In this document: positions 50,322 to 63,001 of the stretch, piece by piece | Layout: each line of letters begins with the position of its first letter | Numbering within the stretch: the first letter of the stretch is position 1 | From: Neoechinorhynchus agilis | Taxonomy: Eukaryota > Animalia > Acanthocephala | Direction: 5' to 3' | NCBI GenBank assembly: GCA_051530055.1 | Contig: CM121342.1 | Location: forward strand, 12,539,480-12,603,479 | DNA: 64,000 nucleotides | Notes under the pieces: generated by a model | Seen by the model: only the letters and a program-made list of their open reading frames with translations | Told to the model about the DNA's origin: nothing | Database searches by the model: none | Translations under genes and position numbers: made by a program

Positions 50322-50899
50322 TGAACAAGAAAAAGTTTTTTGTAGTGAGCGGTCGCCAAGGTGACGTTTATAGTAACAAGAAAGAATGCTCTTGCGCCGG
50401 TGACCTAATTACGGACGCAAGGAACGTTCTTTTAAAAAACGAGCTTTAAGATTAAGGGTCTTGGTTATATACAACGTCACAAAGGGAGTGCTTCCTTAAG
50501 AGCTGTTTTTAGTATTATCCGCCTGTTTTAATTACTTAAATCACATCTTCTTTCATCGATTCCAAATGAAGACTTTATTCTGAATAGTAAACGGTTGAAT
50601 TTGTCAAAAGCTAATTACTATAAATTATTATGTCAATTTCTTTCAAATACTCATCTAGCAAATTAATCACACGCGCCAACATGCGACGAAAATGATATAT
50701 TAATTATTTTAAAACCTATGTTAAAAGAAATATAAATCAAAGATTATTTGCCGATAATAATGATATGGAGCTCTATATTTAGAAGAAGAAAATCTTTCGC
50801 AGTTTGGAAAGATATACGATATTTGATTCGTCGTATTATTAAATGGATTAGTTCGCATTCTTCAATCTAAATTTTGCAGGTTGTTTTTCTTAAAAGATC

Positions 50900-51350
50900 T
50901 AAAATGCTCTATTCGTTCGTCACCAATACCCCGCAGTCTAAAGCGATTGAATTATCGGCTGACTCATCAATCATTGCAACGGCCACAGTCCACATCAAGG
51001 ACGACCAAACAGAAACTAAACGTCGAGAAATGTTGAATTTTTGCAGTAGATGTGAATGCTCTCTTAATCAATGCCCCACATTTTAAAACGATTGAATTAT
51101 GGGCGGAATCACGAACCATTGCTACGGCCACAGTGCACATTAAAGGCGGGTCAACGTTTGCAGTTGAAATCTAGAAACTATACGCCGAGAAATATAGAAC
51201 GCTTGCGGTCGATGTGAATGCTCTCGTTGTTAATGCCCTGCAGTCTACAACGATTTAATTATCCGCCGAATATCGAATCATTGCAACGGTCACACTGCAC
51301 ATTATGGAGCGTCCAACGTTTGCGGTTTAAATCGAGAAATTAAACCTCGA
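50900..51350 (+). repeat. Three degenerate tandem copies of a ~155-160 bp unit
   Basis: AATGCTCT...ACGATTGAATTAT...ATTGCAACGGCCACAGT.CACAT recurs at ~50902, ~51056 and ~51216. Confidence 0.8.
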
Positions 51351-51469
51351 GCAAAACGCCCATCGTCGCAATTTTAATGGGTTTACTCTTATTGCCAAGA
51401 AAAATGATCAGCATTGTATTTACAAACATTCATGCCACCGTTCTGGATCACTCAGCTACTGGTTTTTCC

Positions 51470-52370
51470 GGAAAATTAGGTTTTTTTTATCAGCACAGGA
51501 AGTCGGAATGGATATTGGACTATATTATTTGTTGGAAATTGGATGTCCTTTTTTGGAAGAAGGATAACTTTAGCAGTTTTCGCCATTGGATAAGAGGGTT
51601 GAGAAGTTCGGGGATGATGCAGCGAAGAGCCCATTTTGGGATTTCGGATTGAAAGCACGAATTTTTTAGGTAATTTCATGATACTTTAGTACTTCGTATG
51701 ACGAGACTGAGGGGAGTATCGGCTGGTTGACAAAAGTTCCAGGTGTTGGCGTGAAAGATTGTGTGGAGACTGATGTTGAGCAGTGATTGTAAATTGAGTC
51801 AGGACAGAGGTTCTGATTAATGGAATCTAGAACCTGTTATAATTCAGTGGAGGACAAATTAGGGAAGGGACCCGGGTGGCGTAGACCAAGAGAGTCCTTG
51901 ACGACCCTCCATCATGTTGAGTTGCCACCTGATCGAATTTTAGAGGAAAGGAAGTTTTTGCGGACGATAAGTATTTTGTTGGTCAGTGCTTTTTGTAAAC
52001 GGAGAAAGTCTGGAGAGTTATTGCAATAGGCCATAGAAGCTTGCCTTTGTAGAAGTTTCAGAATGGGAGTTATTCATGGAGGGTCGCGGTTGTAGATCCT
52101 AATGAATTTATTGGGAATTGCCGAAGTTAAGGGATTTTTTATGATTGAGGTTAGGAAGGGCATGGCAAAGTAAAGGTAATTTCTGTTGTCAGAGTGGAAT
52201 GGGCGAATATTCGAGTTGAACAATTTTATAAAATTGTGGATGTGATGATCATGTTTATCCCAGACGGCTAAACGGGGAGATTTTATACGCTGAGGTGGGG
52301 TGCAGGAAGTAATAAGGGCAGAAGAGTGGTCAGAGTACGCGGGGGGAGGGAGTTTGGAGGCGGGAGGCAC
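51470..52370 (-). mobile_element. Degenerate non-LTR retrotransposon fragment (end of APE to start of RT)
   Basis: SDH motif (PAYSDHSSALI) and KTAKVILLPKK...LPVL.K motifs across frameshifts. Confidence 0.6.
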
Positions 52371-53556
52371 TCCTCATTGCAGATGTTGTAGGCACGATGC
52401 AGAAAACCTTTGAATATACCAACTTTTGTGCTCTTATTATGGGCAGTTTTCCGAAGCGTATAAATATTCGTTTCAGTTGGCTTTCTACGTAGACTACATT
52501 TTCGTGGTTTGGCCTGGGATGAACAGAGTTCTAACGATTTCGTAGAGCACCCCCATCGGCAATATCATTGAATCGAAATCACTATTTTTATATTTGATCC
52601 GAATGGAAGAATACCGTTTATGGATTTATCGATACAGGAAAAAAGGGCACGAATGATCACATCCGTTTTGCAAGAAGTTCACTTAAACGATCAACTGTAT
52701 ATCTTAATATGGTGCTCATAACAGGAGCACAAGAAAACCCATTTTAAATGCTTTGTAAATTGAGTAGGAGGAACAGTGCCTCAGACACGAGCCCAGGCGA
52801 TTGGAGTGAATTTTCAGCAAGTTAAAATATCCAAGAAATGCCCTTATTCGGCGTTTCAGCAAGCGGACCGTGCAAGATACACTTACTCAAACGAAATGGC
52901 TGCGAGCCAGAATGGAAATACGAATTGGTTTTTCGGACATAGGCCCACAGACCAACTTTGGCGAAACAAAATCTCAAAGATCGTTAAGAGAAGCCGTCTG
53001 GCAATAAAATGTCAATTCGACTTCCGACTCTCCATGACAATGGGGAACATAATTTTGCCGGAAATACCATGAAATAGAGAAAAGGCTGTTGTCTACAAAG
53101 TTTCTTGTAGCCATTGAAACAGCAGTTACACTCGCCAAACAAGCTGAAATCCTAAGACGAGATTTGACGAACATAAGCGCTCCGATACGCGTCGATTGTC
53201 GCGCTGAACGAGGTAAAAACGGATCACGTTATAAATTATGGTTAATATATGATTTGAGCGAGTTAGACTATCTTAATTGATTAACGGAAAAGGATTTGAA
53301 CGACCAAGGAAGTTAAAAACGTTCCCTTAAAATCTACATGATCATAGTGACCAAACGAAGTTCAAAACGAACGGTTACTTTAAAAAATGCCATCCACATG
53401 AATTTCGTTACAATCAACATCGCTTTATTATCCTTTTCCAATGTATTATTTTTTGGCTGTGAATAATATGATCGATTTTATAAATACAAAAAGGAAAAAA
53501 GCACGGGTTAGACCCGAATTTAAATTCTCTAAATAAATTACTATTCGTACATTCAT

Positions 53557-56500
53557 TTACAATTTACTCGACTTGAAAGACTTGTTTTTAGACTGGGATT
53601 CTCGCTTTGTTTCTGTAAAATAATTTCTAAGCCTCTGCTTTTCTTGGTTCACGAGCAGAGCTCTCGTCAAGATGCGTTCATACATTTGGGCTAATAACTG
53701 ACTGGTTTTTGCAGACACCAGTTTTCTGCTCAAGAACTCTCGAATATCTTGAAGCTCCTCGTAGCTTGCACAATTGTTCAATCCACGCCTTATGACCTTG
53801 TCTATAAGAAACTCTTCGCTTAAATTCGACTTTATCTGTTCAAAATTGGTTTTTATGAATTTCCAGAGTTGCGTCCTTCCGATTTTAGTTTCCGACACTT
53901 TTTGTATTACTTGACTATAGTCTTGTTTCCGAACGTGTCCACTTAGAAAATTAAATTCAAGTATCTTTCTCAGTTCGTTTATATCTATAGAACATCCTAA
54001 TGCAGACAAAGCGTAGTGCCTGATTCCAACAATGTCTTTCTCAATTACCTATAAGAAGGTGGGTTTAAGCACAAACTCATTTCGTTCACCTTCATTAAAC
54101 TCTTGGTAATTCCTTGAGGGCGATTATACCTGACGCAGGTCATCAGGTGGGTACCCGCTTGTTCGAGGTTCATGGTGTTATTTCCTGCAATCCATATCCT
54201 GCACTGCTCGAACGCCTCTTCCATTACCCAGTGAACGCCTGCCAGCCCTGCCCTACTAAGGGCGGCATCTCGGATTCCTTCCTCCTCTTTAACTAGAATA
54301 GAGACAGCTATTAAACACCACAACTTAGTCATGAAACCAATACCTTTTTGTTTGGAATGAAAAGCTAGTGCTAATGGCTCAAACATTTCAGCAATCAATT
54401 TTCGGGTTTCACGGAAAGTATCTTGGTTCATGTATTCCGTAAGAGTCAAAATGTCGTTTAAATTAGACGCAACGTCGGTCCACACAATCATATCGTCCAA
54501 ATAAATATACGCTGCTTCTGTTTTGTTGTCTTTTAAAGTAGCCCAAGAATAAGCTTTTATAAAGTTGAGATATACACTAAGCGGTTGATACCCAGAAACG
54601 GCTAGGAGATATAGATCGAATTGAAGATCGAGCCTATCAGTAACACTCAAGCTCATAAATCCATTGTCGTTGATTATAGCGTTTAGCATTTTTTCTGAAT
54701 AATGAACAACGTAGAATCCAGTTTTTCCGATGTTCACCTTAAACCACTTCATCTGCCCAGGAGTTGACAAAATCTGTCGACGTTTACACATTAAGAAATT
54801 GTGGGATATATTGTAGGGGTACGATGAATTTGCAAGAGTTATTACAATGTTCCAAATATAGTCGGAATTGTCTTTAGAAAAACGTTTGGCAATATTCGAC
54901 GAGGACATTTTCTCCTGTCGGAATATTAATAAAGTTTCATTGCTTTTGTCTACGCGGTCTACAAAAACAACTGGAAATCCCGCTTGCTCCGTCCATGAAG
55001 ACATTATCCCTTTAATATCAAAACCTGATGAATTTTCCAGTGAATTCCATAGATCCTCAGTTTTTATATTCTGGTACTTATAGGTTTTCAAGTATCGTCC
55101 CAGTCCTGCTCTGAATTTCTAAATACATATGCTAATTCGAATGTTTTGTGCCCTTACAGAAATAAAATATAACAAAATGTAACAGAGAAAACATTAGACT
55201 AAGGAAGATAACAAAACGCGGAGAGCGGTTTATCAGCACTTTAAGAAATTGATTCAACTCGGTGGTTGTAATTATTGCTAAGGTTTACAAATTTCCATAT
55301 TGAGGCCAAACAGTGAGAATTCTAGTCTGAATTAAGAGAAATACAGTACATTGCTTATTATCTTGATCAAAGTCATTCTTCGTCTTTGTAGAAACACTGG
55401 ATATTTTTCAATGAAAAAATATATGGATTAGTCGCATGTGGTTCACTTTCTGGCTGGATGGAAAAGGCCCTAAACGATACGATTGTTATGAAGTATAAAG
55501 ATTAAGAACCTATTGTAAACGTAAATACACGTTTGGAACTTTTTTTACTAATGACATCCTCACAAAATATTTCAAGTACTGCACATAAACCTGCCTTTTC
55601 GCCCATATACTCGTTGATCATCCGAATAATAGAAGCACCTTTGTTATAAGCGACAACGCCAAATACCTCCATAACACTTGAGTGGTCATATAATTGGACC
55701 TGATAGTTCAAATCGTATTAATGGGATATATAGAGTAGCTTTTTTACTTGCCTCTATCGGATGCGTTGTTAAAAGACGATCCGTAATCATTGCCGGTCTG
55801 ATACAATCTCCCACGAATTGGGACCAAATGTCGAATTCCGGAAACAAATAGTCAGTGCATAGATACTCTATCCACGTAGCAAATCCTTCATTGAGCCAAA
55901 CGTCTGTCCACCACTCCAGCGTTACCAAATTTCCGAACCATTGATGAGCGAGTTCGTGCCCAACGATCGTAGTGATTTTCTGCATATCATATCTTGTGGC
56001 GAACCCGGAATCAACCAGTAAATACTGTTCTCGAAACACAGAGCAGCCCCAGTTTTCCATGGCACCTAAAGGTAATGCGTAAAACTGTGCATTCAATAAA
56101 GAACTTAATTGTGATTGATTTCGAATGTTATCACAACATATTTGCCGAACAGAGCCGGACTAACGAACAGTGAAATCAAAATAACTCAGATGCAGAGAAG
56201 AATGTTATTCTTGATTCAGCGCTGATTTACAAAATTGCTGTCTTTCTATATATCATGAAACCAGCAGTGGAACCAAATAGCACGAACGCCTTGTGCGGAA
56301 CTAAGCCGATAACAATAACCAGGAAAACTCTGATTTTTACCTACACACATTACAAGGAAAGCAGCCTACCGAACGAGAAATCCGGAATCGCGACCAGATC
56401 CAATTTTGGCAGAGGATATGGCATATTAAAATATTTGCTGAAATACGGTAGAGCTCTTAGTGAAACCTATATTAAGATGTTATATATAACAATTCAAAAT

Positions 56501-57550
56501 GTACACTAACGTTCATTGCAAATTGAACAAGTTTCCGCTTCCCAGGCCGAGTTAGGACCGTGTGAACTATTCCATTTAAGTCAGTCTGGGATTGAGATTC
56601 AAACCGTCCAATTGAAAATGCCACAAGGTAGGTTGACATGGGCGGCGATCTCGCAAAAGAAACTTTGACTCTGGATCCATCATCGAGTAACTCTGTCATC
56701 CTTGGGGGCTAAATTACTCGGTTAACTTGAAACATGATAGACATTTTTAAATGAACAACCATATTGGAGACCGCTTTCATTGTGGCTGGAAATAGAAGCT
56801 GAATTTCAAATTCGGCTTTGAATGATGGTTCATCGAAGCAAGGAAACGCTTTTCGAGCTGCTAAAGCCTGTGTTTTTGTACGTAAAAATCAAAGCATGTT
56901 AAAACTGATTAACAAGCGTACCTGGAATTGGGTTGTCAGAATTATTTCTTGGTCACCTTTCGTATTTCGATATTTGCTGATATAGATCCCATCCATGTCA
57001 TCCGATATGCTTCCATGATAAAGAAACTCAATATCATATACACCCGGCTTGCGAAACATTAACCGAAGAGCTCAGAGCATTTTTGACTAAGTACCTTTAA
57101 TTTGTTCGGTGTTTGAACCAATAGAACATCATTTGAACCATACTGAAACTTGAGTGATTTCAATTTACCCAGCTGAGAATCCAGAAGACGAACTTGATGA
57201 ACGAGAAGATTACGCGAGTGCAGTTGAAATCCATTAACGGCACGATTGGAAATCTAATTCATGTGGGTGGGTGTTCGTTTAACTTAGTGATAAGTTTTAC
57301 AAGTGAAACTGACTGCTAGTTTAATAACAGCATGCCCCTTGAAAGTACGATTCTCAAAATGTGGATCGATTGTGATGCTATATGACAATGGAACAGCTAT
57401 TCTTGGCAATCTTGGATACGGCCGTGAACCTGTCGGTTTTAGAACAAACAAAAACAACAGAACGACCGTAATCACTACAACGGACGCTAATGAAATCGCA
57501 ACTAATAATCCGACGGATTTTGTTGGCGGTGACCCCTGTTTCCGTTCCAT
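53557..57550 (-). CDS. M1-family membrane aminopeptidase (APN/ERAP-like, type II anchor), multi-exon
   Basis: N-terminal [61 protein letters not shown]...[18 protein letters not shown]. Introns are GT-AG plus two GC-AG. Confidence 0.93.
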
Positions 57551-58410
57551 ATCTGATTTGGCAATGGCGGTTTAACAATTGGTTAGTGAATGTACGTGTT
57601 CGCGTGCCACTGTGAGTTTTAGATGCGGCGATTTGCAAACATAGACGGAATGATTGAGAAGCGTTAGATAATACTCCGTCTACCTGTTACCGCTGATCTA
57701 TTGTCATCGATGTTGATCCATCAACAGCAAGGTTTATTTTTCTCATCTTTCTCCTTTGCGCTACTGCTCACTCTCGTAATCTGTGTGTGCAAGACATGGA
57801 ACAGCTTTAGGAATTGTCTGGTACCCAGTCCAATGCCCTTTATGCTTAACAGCTGGAAGTAAAATGTAATACCAGAACCCGGTACAGAGGAAGTAATTGA
57901 AAGCAGTCTAAACCCCCGCATTTAGACTGCTATAAATGCGTTTAAACCACTCGGGCTGAAAATAATGTGAGATTCGATGCCTAGCAGGATTTCTAATGCG
58001 CCTTTTAATTCGTTTTCTACATCTCTAGTTGTTTCCATACTATTTCTATCCATAGAAGTTGAAAGCACCTTGCTTGAGATGCTTTAACTATTTAAATTTT
58101 AGTACAAAATCCGATTACTTTAATTGAATATGATTTGACGCAGTTTAAGCGATATTAAGGAAGTGCGAATGGACTGAATGTTTCAAGACCAATTCGACAA
58201 CCAGTATTACTCTTTTTGCCTGAATAAATTTACTATAAGGATTATTGAGTCCTTTGAAAAATCACTGATGTGATTAAGTAAAACGATATTTAATCTTAGG
58301 AACACAAACTGGCAATGCTTTTCATCTTAAGAACGATAGGTGGAATTACTTTACAAAGTCTGTCACAGTCATTACACTATTTTAAGGTTTTCGCTATTAA
58401 GCGTTGGACC

Positions 58411-58780
58411 ATCCCTTACTCGACTTTTTCCTTTAGGCACGCATCCCACCAATCTCTTGGATCAGGCAAGTGATTGAATCTCTTCGACTCTGATAAGTAC
58501 GGTTATGAGTTTGTAAATCCCTCCGGATCCTCGGATACCTTCCGAAGAGGCGGGACTCATCAATGAGTTTCCTTATAAAATCCACGATTGTCGATGACGC
58601 ACAATTAAAGAGGACTTAATACCGCTGAAGGGAGGAAACTCAATGATGAGCCCCGCCTTCTGGAGGAGGTATCTGAGAATCCGGAGGGATGATTCAGGGT
58701 TTAAGCTATTCAATCACTTCTTTGATTTAAGAGATCGGTTTGACTGTATGCTCAAAGGGAATGTAGGCCAGGTAAGAGAT
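58411..58780. mobile_element. ~370 bp foldback element (family A, most complete copy)
   Basis: GAGGCGGGACTCATCAATGAGTTTCCT (58547-58573) vs AGGAAACTCAATGATGAGCCCCGCCTTC (58633-58660); CCCTCCGGATCC/GAATCCGGAGGG; GTGATTGAAT/ATTCAATCAC. Confidence 0.8.
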
Positions 58781-60002
58781 ATTCTAAACACACTGAATCA
58801 ATACAGCCCACTTGCCAGTGGACATAAGAGAGTTGTTGCTATTCTCCATAAATAGGAAGATTTCTCGAAGCAAACGTTACTTTAAAAGTGACCTGGTTTC
58901 GAATATATTGCCTTTTTGCATGATTCGATCAATTTTCTTTTAAATAGAAAGAAAATTATCTCACTTCAGCTATACCGCCAGCAATAAGATGTAATTTTCG
59001 CTAACCTATGAATATACGAAAATGGAATCTTAATAATGTCGTTGTATGGGGGAAAAATGAAATAATTTATTTATTGAATCCGATATTTCGGCACAATCTT
59101 GTGCCTTCATCAAGATTGTTTGTATGTTCGATAGAACAACACTATATCGAAAACATTTACAAAAAACCTTACTTCAATTTTTCTGTCATTTAAAAACATG
59201 AACAATTCAACCTTCAAACAAACTTAATAATGTTGAGGTAACTTAAAAGTTAACGTAAATTTTTAGTTCATCTAAAAATTACGAATTTAGTAATGTGTCA
59301 TTTGTCTAAAAGTAAACAATTGATAGAAGCTAATTTAAAAAATATTTAACGAGGTATTTTTTTAATAAAGGCAGTATTGTTTTCTATTTGGTTACTTTTC
59401 TTTACATTCACCACCTCCCACCAAATTCCAGCTTTTGTCCTTCCTCGACCGTCGCCATCACGCTGGCAGCATTGCCCCGTTGTACTGCCAGCGAGAATGA
59501 TTAAGATCACACTGCTCAAGAAATTATGCGGAAAAAGTGAGTCCGCATAGTTTCTAATGAATTTACAGCTGCATTTGTTGTTGCGAGAAAAACACAAGTA
59601 AACAAGGAATGTTTTATTTGTTAGAGTAAAATTAGTGCTTTGATTTCTTAGATAAACTATGCTCCGTCGATCAGCAACTTATAAGTTTCTTTATAAACAA
59701 TATTAATATTTGCTACTTGCTAGTTGACGAGCATGAATGGATATACATTTGTGTTCGTGACATTAGAGATGAAGCTTGCTACTCATTTAATAACTTTAGG
59801 TAGCTTTAATTCGTTTTAAAACGTTTGTATATGTTTAGCTAACGTCGTGGTAAACTATCAAGAAATTTCGAACCGCATTGTTCGCATATAGCTTTGTAAA
59901 TGTTAAGTTTGTACGGTTACTGAATGTCGATATGTGAGGTACCTGATTATATTATTAAACTTATTGTTTAGATCTTAACCCCGTAAATATTTTTTAATTA
60001 AA

Positions 60003-60075
60003 TACGTTTCGATCCTCGTCGGGTTCATTATCAGTTCTAAAATACAAGTGGTTAATTGGTTATTCTGCTCTCACA
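60003..60075 (-). ncRNA. Hammerhead-like motif copy (single arm)
   Basis: The minus strand reads TAGAA-CTGATAA-TGAACCCGACGAGGATC-GAAA-CGTA. Confidence 0.45.
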
Positions 60076-60233
60076 CGCGTTTATGGTTGATTGTGTTGTT
60101 CCAGCAGTTGAATAAGAAACAAATTTAGTATGTGCCAAAAAAAGATGCTCAGGCTATATTTAATTGATACGTACATTTGTAGTTAAGAATCGAGCACAGG
60201 ATAAAATTGGGTTTTTAATAAATTTCTTGTCAC

Positions 60234-61490
60234 TCATTTTCTGATTGCACTACCTGGTGAACTTCTTAAACTCACAAGTCGATTCACAGCCTCTAGGAAC
60301 GATCCAGGATCGTGTGCTACCGCTTTGGCAACTATAGGATTCCTGATCATTTCGTTTATGATCTCGACATGAATTCGTTGTCGTTTTTCAGTAGGGATAG
60401 AATCGAGGATTTCCGATAGCAACGCCTGTTCAAGTATCGTATGAAGAAATTGCTGATCGGTCAACATTATTCGCAAAATGACAGGATGATCGATGGCAGT
60501 ATTTAAAAATGCAACCTGCTGATCCGAAATTCCTCTGTACGAAAACGTTTGTTCCACAGTAGACTGTCCCGTTCCATAGTAGCTGCTTTCGGCTTGATCA
60601 GTTGATTCTTTGGCACAATCGATAATACACTCATTAGTTCTATCATAGTAAAAGGATTGACTGTGTTTGTCACCGGAGAATATATCGCTCATGAGATCTT
60701 TTAGTTGCAGATTCCACGGTAGTGATCCCTTTCCCTGCAGTAACGGCCTTTCGTCTTGGGATTCACATGATATTGAGCTATTTATAATGTCTATACGTTC
60801 ATCAGGAAGTTTTAGAGCGACCGCACTAGCTACATAGGCCAAGAGATCGGGAGCCCCGAAGAATAGGCGATTGAACACTGGTTTGTTGCTTAGTTGTTCC
60901 AACAAGTCCTTCATTGATAAATCTCGTAGTACGCTTGGATTCAAGCGTCTTTCTAGAAAAGTCAAAAGAATATTTAGTGCGAAAACCAATAGACAAAAAC
61001 CGAGAATCATCTTGCGAACAAGCATTGGGTCAGCTATTGGATCGTTAAAATACTCTCTAAAAGTATCGGCCATCATTTGGATGACATTCAGACTCTCGTG
61101 CGGATTGTTATAGTAATTGGACATTAGTGAGGGATTCGATCGGTACTCGTTTAAATACTCCCACACACCTTTTCCATACTGATCATTTGAACGTTTCTCA
61201 ACTATGCACATTTATAATTAAGAAAACCGAAAAGTTACTTACTTGCAGACAAGTGATCCAATTTATTATCTTGTCTTTTTGCGTTATTAGCAACTATATT
61301 GTGCATTGTATTTTGAACTTTAAAAAATCGCACCACAAAGCTAGAAAAACTATTCAAATACCACTTACTTAGTTCACATCTCTTTTCGGATTCTAAAGGG
61401 CAAATTTTAAAAGCAAGAAATTTTTTTGCATTGACCTTGTGAGTTTCCGTTGCAGATAAGACCAAGAAGAAGCAAAATTATCATTATCAT
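60234..61490 (-). CDS. Unidentified signal-peptide/membrane protein with STI1-like NP motifs
   Basis: ATG 61490 starts MIMIILLLLGLICNGNSQ. Two GT-AG introns link it to the 325-aa ORF, which contains a hydrophobic segment and NPSLM/NPIVA motifs. Confidence 0.5.
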
Positions 61491-61645
61491 AAGATTACTT
61501 GCTCGCATACGCGAATTTGTTGCTATGTTCAATTCACTGTTCAAATTTTGCACAGTAAAATCGCTTTTTGACGTGAATGGATGAAAAATCGATGTTGTGA
61601 ATTCGCAAACGTACCTCCTGTAATTGCTATTGTTATCAGGGAGTT

Positions 61646-63001
61646 ATGTGTGCGCAACAAGCTGTTGAGGTGGAGGGTGGCAAACGACCACCCAATGTTC
61701 TGAGAATTCCCGTGCCTCCGGACATTCGGAGTCAACTTCTCAGCGATCAAAACAGTAAGCACTTCGTCGAGGTGCCTTCAAAAAGATGGCCCAATACGAT
61801 AAAAATCGAAGCAAATCCAATACAACCCCGAGAAGAGCTACACAGACGTTATCTGGCTCCGTGGCTCAAATCCTCTAAGGATGATATCCATCGCATTTCA
61901 TCTATCAGCTATTTCGGAGGAATATTGAAAATCTGGTTTATAGCAGCGGATTTTATGAAGGCTTATCTGGCTTTCATCAAGAAAAACTGCAACCTTGCAG
62001 GTGTGACAATTTCGAACACAAGTTATGAATCAACCTTTATCGTTTCTGGGCTCTCTCCAGATATTGATGATGCAGATAAGATAGCGTTCGAGGAAAAATT
62101 CGGAGTCAAATTGCTCTTTTTCCTGAAGTCATCAAGAACGGGAAAGTTTATTCCCAAAGCTATTGTAAAAGCTGCGGTCGAACGGAGGGACGCACTATGC
62201 ACTGAGCGATCCTTCTTCCAATCCATGGAGGTTAAATTTACTTCAAACGAGATTTCGCGTTACGACGACTATTACTTTCCTCGGTGCAGTGGGTGTCAAT
62301 GTTGGGGACATTGGGAGCAGAGGTGCCCGTCCAAGGTCACGCGATGCGCTTTTTGTGGCCAAGACCACCACAGTACCAAATGTGACAAAAATAAAAGGCA
62401 CTGCTCAAACTGCGATTGAGATCGTCATTGTGCGTTCTCGAAGAATTGTAAAGCATTTAAGGAATATATTGTGTGGGCGAGAATGCTTGGATCCAAGGGA
62501 AATAATTCATCCGACACTCGAGTTGCCCAGAATAGTTGGAATACGACAAATTGCATACCCATAAGAGGATCTGCAACAACCAATACAACCATAAAAACAT
62601 ACTCAAGGCAACAATTGGGTACATCCAAAGATGTTAATAATCTACGAACGACTTATGATGACACCTCGGAAAAGAAGTTTGCTGATTTCTCCGCTAAAAT
62701 CCTCGACATGGTCGATCTACGAATCACCGCGGCCATTCTGGGTCTTGAGAGGAGACTGTCTACCCAGTTAAACGGTCTCATCGAAACTCTCTCGACAAAA
62801 TTCAAAGATATTCAGATCGCGACCGGGGTAGCTCCAGCACCCTGCAAACGCAGTCGAGCACTGGTTTCAAGTAGCAACGGTGTAGACGATGTGGATATGT
62901 ACGAGGCCGAGGAGTTCGTGAGCAACATCATAAGCGAACAAACCCAGGTATGTGCTGACGGGGTCCAAAATCTCATCAAGGGTAGGTCTCAATGGAATTG
63001 A
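61646..63001 (+). mobile_element. LINE ORF1 (gag-like, three CCHC knuckles) with a premature stop at 62417-62419
   Basis: CSGCQCWGHWEQRC, CAFCGQDHHSTKC, CSNCD*DRHCAFSKNC. The same frame continues to 63001. Confidence 0.85.

Noticed and set aside
52400-53280. Possible decayed DNA-transposase (KDZ-like) or other gene fragments
   Set aside because: Only isolated C/H residues amid many stops; not supportable by eye.
59525-59550. 8-bp hairpin TATGCGGA/TCCGCATA in a short ORF
   Set aside because: Too short, with no associated frame break or supported gene.
61380-61440. Apparent homopolymer frameshift near the start of the 60.2-61.5 kb gene
   Set aside because: Resolved by a normal 43-nt GT-AG intron, so it is not evidence of assembly indels.
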